Shown: positions 38,204-45,788 of the stretch, piece after piece
Layout: every line of letters starts with the position of its first letter
How positions within the stretch are numbered: the stretch's first letter is position 1
Source: a virus
DNA: 64,000 bases
IMG/VR virus record: IMGVR_UViG_3300045988_149609
Reading direction: 5' to 3' (one strand)
Program-made: the position numbers and the translations under genes
Notes under the pieces: model-generated
Seen by the model: only the letters and a program-made list of their open reading frames with translations
Database searches by the model: none
What the model was told of the DNA's origin: nothing

Positions 38204-40503
38204 TGAGTAGAACAAAAGATAATAAAACAAATAAAAATCAAAATACTTCACAAGAACAAATAAAAGAACAGGAAATGACTTTTCCTTATTATGATTGGAT
38301 AAATGGATCTTATTATCATAATAAAGAAGAGTATGATGTTCATGCTCCTAATAATATTCTTTGGAAAGAAGTTTCTCAAAAAACTTTAAATGAAGTTAAT
38401 AAAAAATATAATTTAGGATATAAAGTAGATAAAAAAGGAAATGTTGTAAGAAATAAATATACGCATTCACCAATATATGCAGATGGTCGTGAGAATTACC
38501 CAGAAGGTGAAGAATATAATAAGTTGTATGAAAATAATGTTGAAACAAATAAAAGAAGATTAGAACTTGAAAAAACAGCAAAAATAAAAACAAAATCTTC
38601 TTCAACTGTAGATCCTGGAGGAGTAAAAATAGCTGGAATAATTCAACAAATAGGAGCTACAACTCCAAATAATAATCCACAAGCAGTAGCACAAAGAAAC
38701 GCACAAGCAAAACAAAGGCAAGTACAGCAACAAACAGAAAATAAAGATTATATAGAAAATCAAAAAAAATTAGGAGAATTATTTTTAAATTCTGCAGCAC
38801 TTGCTACTTCTATTGCAGCAATGGGGTCTCAAATAGGTAGTGCTGTATATAACAATAAAGCAAATAATTTATTATTTAGACAAGGATATGCTACAGGAAT
38901 AAATAATCCAAAATATATAAACTATACAAATATTGCTAATGATTTAGATCGTATATATAAAGTAGCAGATGCTATAAATTTACCCATAGATATTGCTCAA
39001 TTTGCAACAAGTTCTGGCCCAAAAGAACAAGTTTATAATGGAATACAATTAGGGCTATCAGGTATAAAATATGTACCTATAAATAATCCTGCTTTCGGTG
39101 TAGTTAAACCTGTTACTAGTTTTGTAGGTAATTTAATGGAACCTATTTCATTAGGTTTTAAAGAAGGAGGCCCACTTAAAAAATCATACAAAGATTTTTC
39201 TACTAGATTATCTAAAGCATGGGGTAATCAAGATTTAAGTCAAGATAATTATGATTATCAAAAGTATTATAATGATGATCCAGATAGAGCTTATAGGCAA
39301 CTAGAATCTATTGAAAAAGGAGGGCAAGGCCATTTTGATGATGAGGGAAAAAGTGGCACTTATAAAACACCTAATCATGCTACTTATCCTGATTTAGGTG
39401 CTAATTCTTGGCTTGATGATGGTAGAATATTTAATATATCTGCAAGACAAGCTAATCAAGGATTAGATAATATAAGAGATGAAATAAATACAGATAGAAT
39501 ATTAGACTATTTAGGACATGATTTGAATTATAATAATGGAGCTACTAAAGTAATATATGATGGGGCATATCAATTACCTTCAGTAACAGTTGTTTCTACT
39601 CCAAAAGGTAATTATGCAAGAACAGAACTTATCCCTAATGAATTAGGTACAGGTTGGATGTATAGAGATAGAGCTGGAAGGTTTGCTAATTTTAATTATG
39701 ATTATGTAAATCGTTATGACGGAAATCAAAAAGCATTAAGTGGTAATTTATTTAGAAATGGTTCTTGGATGCCTAATAAACAATGGCGAAATAGAATTTC
39801 TGCATGGGAAGGTTCTTCAATGTATAGACCTGCACCTGATACAGGTAGAGTTAATAGTTCTTTTCAAGCAGAAGCTAGTAGATTTTTATCTGTTTTACCA
39901 AAAAAAGCATTACAGAAATTACCTGAACAAGCAATAAATGCTTTATATAGTTATAGTTATAATGTAGGTGCAGGTAACTTTAAAAAGAGAGTTGTACCTG
40001 TATTAAATAAATATCTTGATGGAAAAGCTTCTTTACAACAAGTTACAAATAGTATGTATGCTACTAAAGATTCTCAATTAAGAGGTTTACAAAAAAGAAG
40101 AAGATATGAAAGAGGAGCTTTTGAAGCAGCTATTACAGGTAAAGATTTAACAGGTACTAATGCTTATCAGCAATATGATCCATTAACAAGTAATTATCAA
40201 TCAAGTAATTCACCTGCCACTAAAAGAAGAAATATTCAATGGACAGACACAATTAATTTAAATGATGGTAGTTTAATACAACCAAATCAACAAGCTCCTT
40301 CTTTAATGCAACAATTAGCACATTCTGAAGAAATTTTAGCTGAAGCAAACAAGAGAATAAATCAAGTTACAACAAGAATGATGCCTGATGCACAAAGTAA
40401 TGATCCTTATATTAATGCTGTTTATAATTCTTCTATTCAAGATAATAGAGAACTTTTAGCAAATGATTTAAAAACATATTTAGAAACAAGTTTAAATTAT
40501 TAA
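38203..40503 (+). CDS. large virion-associated protein with possible lysozyme-like C-terminal region
   Basis: 766-aa ORF; C-terminal AWEGSSMYRPAPDTGRVNSSF...ALYSYSYNVGAGNF loosely resembles the GH24 E-x8-D-x-T pattern; weak. Confidence 0.4.
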   Translation: MSRTKDNKTNKNQNTSQEQIKEQEMTFPYYDWINGSYYHNKEEYDVHAPNNILWKEVSQKTLNEVNKKYNLGYKVDKKGNVVRNKYTHSPIYADGRENYPEGEEYNKLYENNVETNKRRLELEKTAKIKTKSSSTVDPGGVKIAGIIQQIGATTPNNNPQAVAQRNAQAKQRQVQQQTENKDYIENQKKLGELFLNSAALATSIAAMGSQIGSAVYNNKANNLLFRQGYATGINNPKYINYTNIANDLDRIYKVADAINLPIDIAQFATSSGPKEQVYNGIQLGLSGIKYVPINNPAFGVVKPVTSFVGNLMEPISLGFKEGGPLKKSYKDFSTRLSKAWGNQDLSQDNYDYQKYYNDDPDRAYRQLESIEKGGQGHFDDEGKSGTYKTPNHATYPDLGANSWLDDGRIFNISARQANQGLDNIRDEINTDRILDYLGHDLNYNNGATKVIYDGAYQLPSVTVVSTPKGNYARTELIPNELGTGWMYRDRAGRFANFNYDYVNRYDGNQKALSGNLFRNGSWMPNKQWRNRISAWEGSSMYRPAPDTGRVNSSFQAEASRFLSVLPKKALQKLPEQAINALYSYSYNVGAGNFKKRVVPVLNKYLDGKASLQQVTNSMYATKDSQLRGLQKRRRYERGAFEAAITGKDLTGTNAYQQYDPLTSNYQSSNSPATKRRNIQWTDTINLNDGSLIQPNQQAPSLMQQLAHSEEILAEANKRINQVTTRMMPDAQSNDPYINAVYNSSIQDNRELLANDLKTYLETSLNY

Positions 40504-40628
40504 TTGAAATAAATAATTTTGAAGATTATGTTGCAGCAATTACTGCTAATGCTAATCAATATTCACCAACACTTCCAAATAATCTTCAAACAGGAATTAA
40601 TACTTATGATTCTGTAAATGAATTACCT

Positions 40629-41207
40629 TTGGATAATTATTATTTTTCAGATGTACCATTAGAACAACATCCAGAAATTAATAAAAGCATAGCTAATAGT
40701 TTAGCTAATTCAGTAGTTACACCAACTACACCAGTTACAACATTACCAGAAGCAACAGTAACTGCAAAAAGAAAAAATAGATTTGTAAATGTTAAATCTA
40801 CAAATTCTAAACCTACAAGAGAAGCTTTAATGAAAAAATTAAATTCAGGAAATATTACATTTATAGATAAAAATGGTAAACAAGTAAAAGCAACAAAAGA
40901 ACAAATAGAAAAAATGAAACGTTGGGTATCTGGGCCTATGACAGGTAATCCTCCTTTAACGATAAGGGGGTTTGCATATAATATGCTACGAATTGCAGGT
41001 GCTCGAATAGCACATAAATTACCAATGATTGGAAAAATAGGATCTACAATAAAATCTGGTCTTAAAAAAGTAGAAGATATGTTACCTAAAAGATATGATA
41101 ATCCAACCCCAACAAATGGAAGATATATAAGTGCTGGTAAAAAAGGACTTAAACGTCTTTCTTCTAGTAGTAAAGCTGCTACTAGAAATGCTTTATTAAA
41201 TCCTTAA
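40629..41207 (+). CDS. hypothetical protein
   Basis: ORF track, 192 aa, basic C-terminus. Confidence 0.45.
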   Translation: MDNYYFSDVPLEQHPEINKSIANSLANSVVTPTTPVTTLPEATVTAKRKNRFVNVKSTNSKPTREALMKKLNSGNITFIDKNGKQVKATKEQIEKMKRWVSGPMTGNPPLTIRGFAYNMLRIAGARIAHKLPMIGKIGSTIKSGLKKVEDMLPKRYDNPTPTNGRYISAGKKGLKRLSSSSKAATRNALLNP

Positions 41208-41231
41208 AAAATATTAAAATTTAATTAATTG

Positions 41232-41263
41232 TTTGGTTATAAATAAATAATTAACTATCTTTG
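41232..41263 (+). promoter_or_regulatory. Bacteroidota-type sigma-A promoter (-33 TTTG at 41232-41235, -7 TATCTTTG at 41256-41263)
   Basis: TTTG, a 20-nt gap, then TAnnTTTG directly upstream of the tRNA array. Confidence 0.5.
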
Positions 41264-41371
41264 CACTGCTTCTGTGAAGAAGTAATGCAAGTTAAATGGT
41301 TATTGGGGATAGTTTATATTATCTTGAAGGTTCTAGATATAAACTTTTATGTAAGATTAAACCTTCATATT

Positions 41372-41443
41372 TGGCTAATAGTTCAATGGTTAGAACAGTA
41401 GACTGTTAATCTATTAATCTAAGTTCGATTCTTAGTGTCCCAA
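41372..41443 (+). tRNA. tRNA-like, anticodon GTT (Asn) with non-complementary acceptor stem
   Basis: Canonical D arm (GTTC/AATGGTTA/GAAC), anticodon arm GTAGA-CTGTTAA-TCTAT and T arm CTAAG-TTCGATT-CTTAG were folded by hand, but the 5' TGGCTAA and 3' TGTCCCA do not pair; may be a pseudogene or my boundary is wrong. Confidence 0.35.
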
Positions 41444-41447
41444 CAAT

Positions 41448-41525
41448 ATTTCGGTAGCTCAGATGGTTAGAGTACCAGAGAGAGAGGAACTCTGGAGGTC
41501 ATTGGTTCAAATCCAATCTGAAGTA
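41448..41525 (+). tRNA. tRNA-like element with 9-nt purine-only anticodon loop
   Basis: Acceptor ATTTCGG/CTGAAGT (2 GU wobbles), D arm GCTC-AGATGGTTA-GAGT and T arm ATTGG-TTCAAAT-CCAAT are canonical; the anticodon stem CCAGAG/CTCTGG encloses AGAGAGGAA with no U33. Confidence 0.35.
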
Positions 41526-41544
41526 TTATTTTATGAAAGGCCCA

Positions 41545-41604
41545 TAGTCCCTGAATATAAATAACTTAGCTGCAGCAATATTGTTATTATTAATTCAAAC
41601 TATG
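41545..41604 (+). repeat. tRNA-leader repeat copy 1
   Basis: Shares tagtccctga, ataact(t)agc, atattgttat and ttcaaactat blocks with copy 2 at 41784-41839; ends 7 nt before tRNA-Thr. Confidence 0.55.
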
Positions 41605-41610
41605 GGATAT

Positions 41611-41683
41611 GCTTCTATAGCTCAGTTGATAGAGCAATGGTTTTGTACTCCATGTGTCATAGGTTTGAATCCTATTAGAAGCT
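41611..41683 (+). tRNA. tRNA-Thr (anticodon TGT)
   Basis: Hand fold: perfect acceptor GCTTCTA/TAGAAGC, D arm GCTC/GAGC, anticodon loop TTTGTAC, T arm ATAGG-TTTGAAT-CCTAT. Confidence 0.75.
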
Positions 41684-41688
41684 CAAAT

Positions 41689-41761
41689 GACGCTATCTTC
41701 TAAATGGTTAGAAAACAAGATTTTCAATCTTGTAATTTGGGTTCGATTCCCAATGGCGTTA
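41689..41761 (+). tRNA. tRNA-Glu (anticodon TTC)
   Basis: Acceptor GACGCTA/TGGCGTT (2 GU), D arm TTCT/AGAA, anticodon stem CAAGA/TCTTG with loop TTTTCAA, T arm TTGGG-TTCGATT-CCCAA. Confidence 0.6.
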
Positions 41762-41783
41762 CAATTTAATATTTAATTCCTTG

Positions 41784-41839
41784 TAGTCCCTGATGTAGGA
41801 TAACTAGCCATGGTGATATTGTTATCATTTCAAACTATA
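41784..41839 (+). repeat. tRNA-leader repeat copy 2
   Basis: See copy 1; ends 8 nt before tRNA-Arg. Confidence 0.55.
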
Positions 41840-41846
41840 AGGTTAA

Positions 41847-41920
41847 GCATCAGTAGCTCAACTGAATAGAGCAACGCCCTTCTAAGGCGTGGGTTGTGAG
41901 TTTGAGTCTCACCTGATGTA
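41847..41920 (+). tRNA. tRNA-Arg (anticodon TCT)
   Basis: Acceptor GCATCAG/CTGATGT, D arm GCTC/GAGC, anticodon stem ACGCC/GGCGT with loop CTTCTAA, T arm GTGAG-TTTGAGT-CTCAC. Confidence 0.8.
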
Positions 41921-41938
41921 CTATGAAAAATTTAAACT

Positions 41939-42064
41939 ATGAAAGATTTAGACACAAATAAAAAAGAAGATTTAAAATTTCATGAATATAAAATTGTTAT
42001 AGAAGATGGAATAAATTTAGATGAATTAATACGTTTTACAAAAGAATTATTTATTAAAAAATAA
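41939..42064 (+). CDS. possible 41-aa small protein inside tRNA array
   Basis: ATG..TAA frame MKDLDTNKKEDLKFHEYKIVIEDGINLDELIRFTKELFIKK between tRNA-Arg and tRNA-Lys; below ORF-track size cutoff. Confidence 0.2.
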   Translation: MKDLDTNKKEDLKFHEYKIVIEDGINLDELIRFTKELFIKK

Positions 42065-42109
42065 ATTAATAATTATTTTTAAAGTCAGTATTTTGAATAA
42101 TACTTATTA

Positions 42110-42182
42110 GAACTGTTAGCTCAATTGGTAGAGCATCACACTTTTAATGTGAGGGTTATGGAATCGTACTCCATACAGTTCA
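42110..42182 (+). tRNA. tRNA-Lys (anticodon TTT)
   Basis: Perfect acceptor GAACTGT/ACAGTTC, D arm GCTC/GAGC, anticodon stem TCACA/TGTGA with loop CTTTTAA, T arm ATGGA-ATCGTAC-TCCAT (atypical T loop). Confidence 0.75.
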
Positions 42183-42190
42183 CAAGAATA

Positions 42191-42265
42191 GGACTCTTAG
42201 CTCAGATGGTTAGTAGCAACAAACTCATAATTTGAAGGTCATAGGTTCAAATCCTATAGAGTCCA
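42191..42265 (+). tRNA. tRNA with CAT anticodon (elongator Met or Ile2)
   Basis: Perfect acceptor GGACTCT/AGAGTCC, anticodon loop CTCATAA, T arm ATAGG-TTCAAAT-CCTAT; anticodon stem lacks the three G-C pairs of initiator tRNA. Confidence 0.7.
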
Positions 42266-42267
42266 CT

Positions 42268-42534
42268 ATGTGTTATATAGGAAAATTAATTAAAAATAAT
42301 ACAGGAGTAAGTTCAAAGAATTTCTTCTTAGTAGTAGTAACTATAATTGGTTGTATATTACTTATCATACCTGCTATTATATTAGCTATTGAAGTATTTT
42401 ATAATCATACAATTGCTACAAATTTAGATGGAATGGCAGCATATATTGCATCAGTAGCAGCAATATTTACATCTGCAGGAATTACTAAAGCTTGGTCAGA
42501 AAGATATGAAAACAATAAAACAAAAGAGAATTAA
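42268..42534 (+). CDS. small two-helix membrane protein (holin-like topology)
   Basis: Track ORF 42232..42534 begins inside the tRNA; first ATG after the tRNA is 42268 (MCYIGKL...), with two hydrophobic helices. Confidence 0.45.
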   Translation: MCYIGKLIKNNTGVSSKNFFLVVVTIIGCILLIIPAIILAIEVFYNHTIATNLDGMAAYIASVAAIFTSAGITKAWSERYENNKTKEN

Positions 42535-42820
42535 AATATTTAATACTACATATACTATTAAATATATAGATAAAATTGAAAATAACGAAAATAAATTTGT
42601 GTTTGGTAGAACAAATGCTATAGATAAACATATTTATATTGCTACTAAAAATGATAATAACAAAAAGTTATCAAATGTTGAGATAAAAACAACTCTTTAT
42701 CATGAATTAATTCATGCTATTCTTTCTGAAGGAGCTTATGGAAAAGAATCAGATAATGAACCTTTAGTAGAATGGATAGCTAAATGTTTAGTACAACTAA
42801 ATACTAATAATATAATATAA
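42506..42820 (+). CDS. small HExxH zinc-metallopeptidase-like protein
   Basis: TLYHELIHAILSEGAYG contains an HExxH motif in a 104-aa ORF. Confidence 0.45.
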   Translation: MKTIKQKRIKIFNTTYTIKYIDKIENNENKFVFGRTNAIDKHIYIATKNDNNKKLSNVEIKTTLYHELIHAILSEGAYGKESDNEPLVEWIAKCLVQLNTNNII

Positions 42821-42831
42821 TAAAATAAAAT

Positions 42832-42917
42832 GGCTTCATGGTGAAAATGGTAGACACGAAGGACTTAAAATCCTTTGGGCAGAAATGTCCGTGCGAGTTC
42901 GAGTCTCGCTGAAGCTA
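42832..42917 (+). tRNA. tRNA-Leu (anticodon TAA), class II with long variable arm
   Basis: Acceptor GGCTTCA/TGAAGCT, 3-bp D stem, anticodon stem AAGGA/TCCTT with loop CTTAAAA, 17-nt variable arm, T arm GCGAG-TTCGAGT-CTCGC. Confidence 0.8.
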
Positions 42918-42936
42918 CTTAATTAAAATAAAAAAT

Positions 42937-43140
42937 ATGATAGGCAAAAAAGTAAAATCTATTAATACTATTGATCAACAATGGCAAGCAGAAAGTGATG
43001 CTAGAACTCTTGCTACATATCAAGAAATATTAGCTGATAAAAATAGAATGAATAGAGCTGTTAAAGAAGCAAATAAGCAAGCAGCAAATCTTACTAAAAG
43101 AGCAGCTTTAATGAAGAAAGCAGCTATTAAAAAGAAATAA
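42937..43140 (+). CDS. small basic helical protein
   Basis: ORF track, 67 aa, K/A-rich. Confidence 0.4.
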   Translation: MIGKKVKSINTIDQQWQAESDARTLATYQEILADKNRMNRAVKEANKQAANLTKRAALMKKAAIKKK

Positions 43141-43276
43141 TTATGATAAAAACATTACATGCTGATACAGCTAAACAATTAGCTGAAGCAATAAATAAAA
43201 GAAATATTACAAAGAACGAAATACTTAATATCATTAAGATGGAAGATCAATTTGTAGTATTTTATGAAAAAGAATA

Positions 43277-43510
43277 TTGAATATGAGTGAAAAAATAGTT
43301 TTAAAAAATCCCACTCATACAAAAGCAGAATATAATGAAGAAGAAGTATATTATTGTTTAAATTGTTTATCATTACGTGTAGTTAACATTAGTGATTTAG
43401 ACTACTGTGATAAATGTGGTTCTATTGATATAGGACATTGTAATATAAAAGAGTGGGAAGAAAAGTATATAAAAAAGTACGGACATAAATACATACAAAA
43501 TGGAAAATAA
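43277..43510 (+). CDS. zinc-ribbon protein
   Basis: CLNCLS...CDKCGS...GHC Cys pairs. Confidence 0.45.
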   Translation: MNMSEKIVLKNPTHTKAEYNEEEVYYCLNCLSLRVVNISDLDYCDKCGSIDIGHCNIKEWEEKYIKKYGHKYIQNGK

Positions 43511-43835
43511 ACAACGAATAAACACTGAAAAACTAAGTTATGAAGAATTGAGTAATGTATGTAATCAACTTGATACAAAGTGTAGACAACTTTCACAACA
43601 ATTGTATCAATTGCAACAATCACAAGCATTACTTAGACTTGAATTTCTTTTTAAGATTATAGATAAGAAAGATTCTTTTGATAAAGATTTTGTTAATAAT
43701 TGTGTTAATGAAATTAAAGAAATTATGACAATTAAAGAAGAATCTGAAGTTAAAGAAGAAATAAAAGAAAATAAAGAATCTGTTAATGAATCATCAAATG
43801 AAGTAGCAGGTTGTAAACGTTTTATAGCAGAATAA
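43500..43835 (+). CDS. hypothetical coiled-coil protein
   Basis: ORF track, 111 aa. Confidence 0.45.
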   Translation: MENKQRINTEKLSYEELSNVCNQLDTKCRQLSQQLYQLQQSQALLRLEFLFKIIDKKDSFDKDFVNNCVNEIKEIMTIKEESEVKEEIKENKESVNESSNEVAGCKRFIAE

Positions 43836-43836
43836 T

Positions 43837-44214
43837 ATGGAAAAGAAAGTTATTAGAATACCAACAAATTTAAATGATTTTTTTAAATGTTGGTTTATTT
43901 TCCTTTCTCCTTTACATAATCTTACTAATCGTGAATTAGATGTTGCTGCTGAATTTTTAAAGAAAAGATATGAATTAAGTAAGAGCATTATTAATAATGA
44001 TGATTTATTGGAAAGTACTCTTATGAATGAAGCAACTAAAAGAGAAATTAGAGAAAGTTGTAATCTTTCAGCTACTCATTTTCAAGTAATTATGGGTAAA
44101 CTTAGAAAAGCTAGAATTATAGAAAATAACAGAATTAATCCTAAATATATTCCTAATTTGAAAGAAGATAAAGGTGTTATTCAATTAGTTATTTTATTTG
44201 ATATAAATGAATGA
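43837..44214 (+). CDS. hypothetical protein
   Basis: ORF track, 125 aa. Confidence 0.45.
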   Translation: MEKKVIRIPTNLNDFFKCWFIFLSPLHNLTNRELDVAAEFLKKRYELSKSIINNDDLLESTLMNEATKREIRESCNLSATHFQVIMGKLRKARIIENNRINPKYIPNLKEDKGVIQLVILFDINE

Positions 44215-44458
44215 AATTTATAAACAAGTAGCTAATAAGTTAGGGTTATCCAAAAAAGATGTAGAATTAGTATATAAAATGTATTGTTCTCTTATAAGAG
44301 AGAAAATTGAAAAAGTTGATATTGATAATATAGATTATACTGATACTACTAAAGGAGAAGGTTCTTTAATGAGTTTTAATCTAACAAGATTAGGTAAAAT
44401 TTATTTGAATAAAAATAAAATAAAAAGGAAGAATGAAGTTAAACATAAAGAAAATTAA
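44207..44458 (+). CDS. hypothetical protein
   Basis: ORF track, 83 aa. Confidence 0.4.
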   Translation: MNEIYKQVANKLGLSKKDVELVYKMYCSLIREKIEKVDIDNIDYTDTTKGEGSLMSFNLTRLGKIYLNKNKIKRKNEVKHKEN

Positions 44459-44915
44459 ACCAATGAATAATGTCCTTATAACTACAAAAGATGTATATAA
44501 GGATGATATTAAAACAGGAAGTATTGTTACAAAGGCTTCAGGTACAATGAAAGAATATCAAAAGGTTATCGCAATAGGGCCTATGGTGAGAAACATTAGT
44601 GTAGGTGATATTGTTATGATAAATCCTTCAAGATATGCAGTTAGAAAGTATAATGAAAAACCTATGGAAAATTCTATTAAAAATGATATGGAATTGAATC
44701 CTGTAGTAGGTTATAGATTTAATACAATAATGCTTGATAACGTTGAGCATCTTGTACTTTATGATCAAGATATTTCGTATGTAATTGAGGATTATGAAGA
44801 AATTTCAGATGAAGATTCAAATGCTAAAAATATTATTGGTGCTAAACCTTCAAATTCTATCATCCTACCCAAACAAAGAAAGATAAAATCAAGCAATCTG
44901 ATTATTCCTAATTAA
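44433..44915 (+). CDS. GroES-like co-chaperonin (Hsp10 fold, T4 gp31-like role)
   Basis: IKPMNNVLITTKDVYKDDIKTGSIV / KVIAIGP / ISVGDIVMINPS align with GroES IRPLHDRVIVKR..ETKSAGGIV / EVLAVGNG / VKVGDIVIFN. Confidence 0.6.
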   Translation: MKLNIKKIKPMNNVLITTKDVYKDDIKTGSIVTKASGTMKEYQKVIAIGPMVRNISVGDIVMINPSRYAVRKYNEKPMENSIKNDMELNPVVGYRFNTIMLDNVEHLVLYDQDISYVIEDYEEISDEDSNAKNIIGAKPSNSIILPKQRKIKSSNLIIPN

Positions 44916-44939
44916 TAACATAAAAAATTTAATATACAG

Positions 44940-44967
44940 GGGAAAGTTTTTACTTTTCCCTTTATTT
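44940..44967 (+). terminator. intrinsic terminator-like hairpin plus T-run
   Basis: GGGAAAG-tttttac-TTTTCCC followed by TTTATTTGTTTG. Confidence 0.5.
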
Positions 44968-44976
44968 GTTTGTAAT

Positions 44977-45534
44977 ATGAAACTAGTAAAATTAGATAAT
45001 TATGAAATTAAAGTAGAAGATGAGCTTCTATTACTTAAACCTTTTAATATTGTATATAAAGCAGATAAAACGTCTAATAAGAGTAAATTTTATGACTTTA
45101 TGACAATATTATATTTCACTTATGATCCAAGAAGTGATTTTAATTATATAGCAAATGAAGAACTTAGACTAAAAGAAGTATGTGAATCTAATGGTTTTAA
45201 AGTTCCTAAATTTAATAATAATGAACAAGAATGTATTAAACTTTATCAAAAATTAACTGAAACTTCAGCAAGTATTCTTCTTGAAAGAACAAGAATAGCT
45301 GTAGATAAATTAGGTAAATTTCTTGAACAAATAGACCTTACTAAAGAAGATGATAAAGGTAAACCTAAATATACAGTTAATTCAGTAGTTACTGCAATTA
45401 AACAAGTACCTCAACTAGCTAAAGATGTAATGGAAGCAGAAAAAGCTGTAGCTAAAGAAATTGAAGAACAAGGTAGAGCTAGAGGTAGTCAAGGTACTAA
45501 AAAATTAATGGATGATGGTATTTTAACAATTTAA
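44977..45534 (+). CDS. hypothetical protein (terminase small subunit candidate by position)
   Basis: 185-aa ORF two genes upstream of terminase large subunit; no motif evidence. Confidence 0.4.
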   Translation: MKLVKLDNYEIKVEDELLLLKPFNIVYKADKTSNKSKFYDFMTILYFTYDPRSDFNYIANEELRLKEVCESNGFKVPKFNNNEQECIKLYQKLTETSASILLERTRIAVDKLGKFLEQIDLTKEDDKGKPKYTVNSVVTAIKQVPQLAKDVMEAEKAVAKEIEEQGRARGSQGTKKLMDDGILTI

Positions 45535-45536
45535 TT

Positions 45537-45788
45537 ATGATAATAGAAGATATTTTTAAGATAAAAGGAGAAGTAGATAAACAACATTATATTGTACATA
45601 AAACAATAACTCCAGATAAGCATTTTAAAGCAGTTAAAACATATAAAATTGATGTTTATATAACTCATGATAATATAGAACCTATTAAGAAATATAGTGT
45701 TCAAAAAATAACTAAACTAAACGATGAAGTTTGGAATGAATTAGAAAAAGAATTGCTAAAACAAATTTTTAATGAAAGAAGAGACTAA
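45537..45788 (+). CDS. hypothetical protein
   Basis: ORF track, 83 aa, overlaps TerL start. Confidence 0.4.
   Translation: MIIEDIFKIKGEVDKQHYIVHKTITPDKHFKAVKTYKIDVYITHDNIEPIKKYSVQKITKLNDEVWNELEKELLKQIFNERRD

Noticed and set aside
41303-41371. Possible extra tRNA or intron upstream of the Asn-like tRNA (TTGGGGA ... could pair with the 3' TCCCAA)
   Set aside because: Using that acceptor would require a roughly 70-nt insertion between the acceptor and D arm; no T-loop or D-loop signatures in the segment. More likely plain spacer, but flagged under the aberrant tRNA finding.
42232-42267. ORF-track start of 42232..42534 inside tRNA (CAT)
   Set aside because: The upstream 36 nt are the 3' half of a well-folded tRNA; the first in-frame ATG after the tRNA (42268) is the plausible start.
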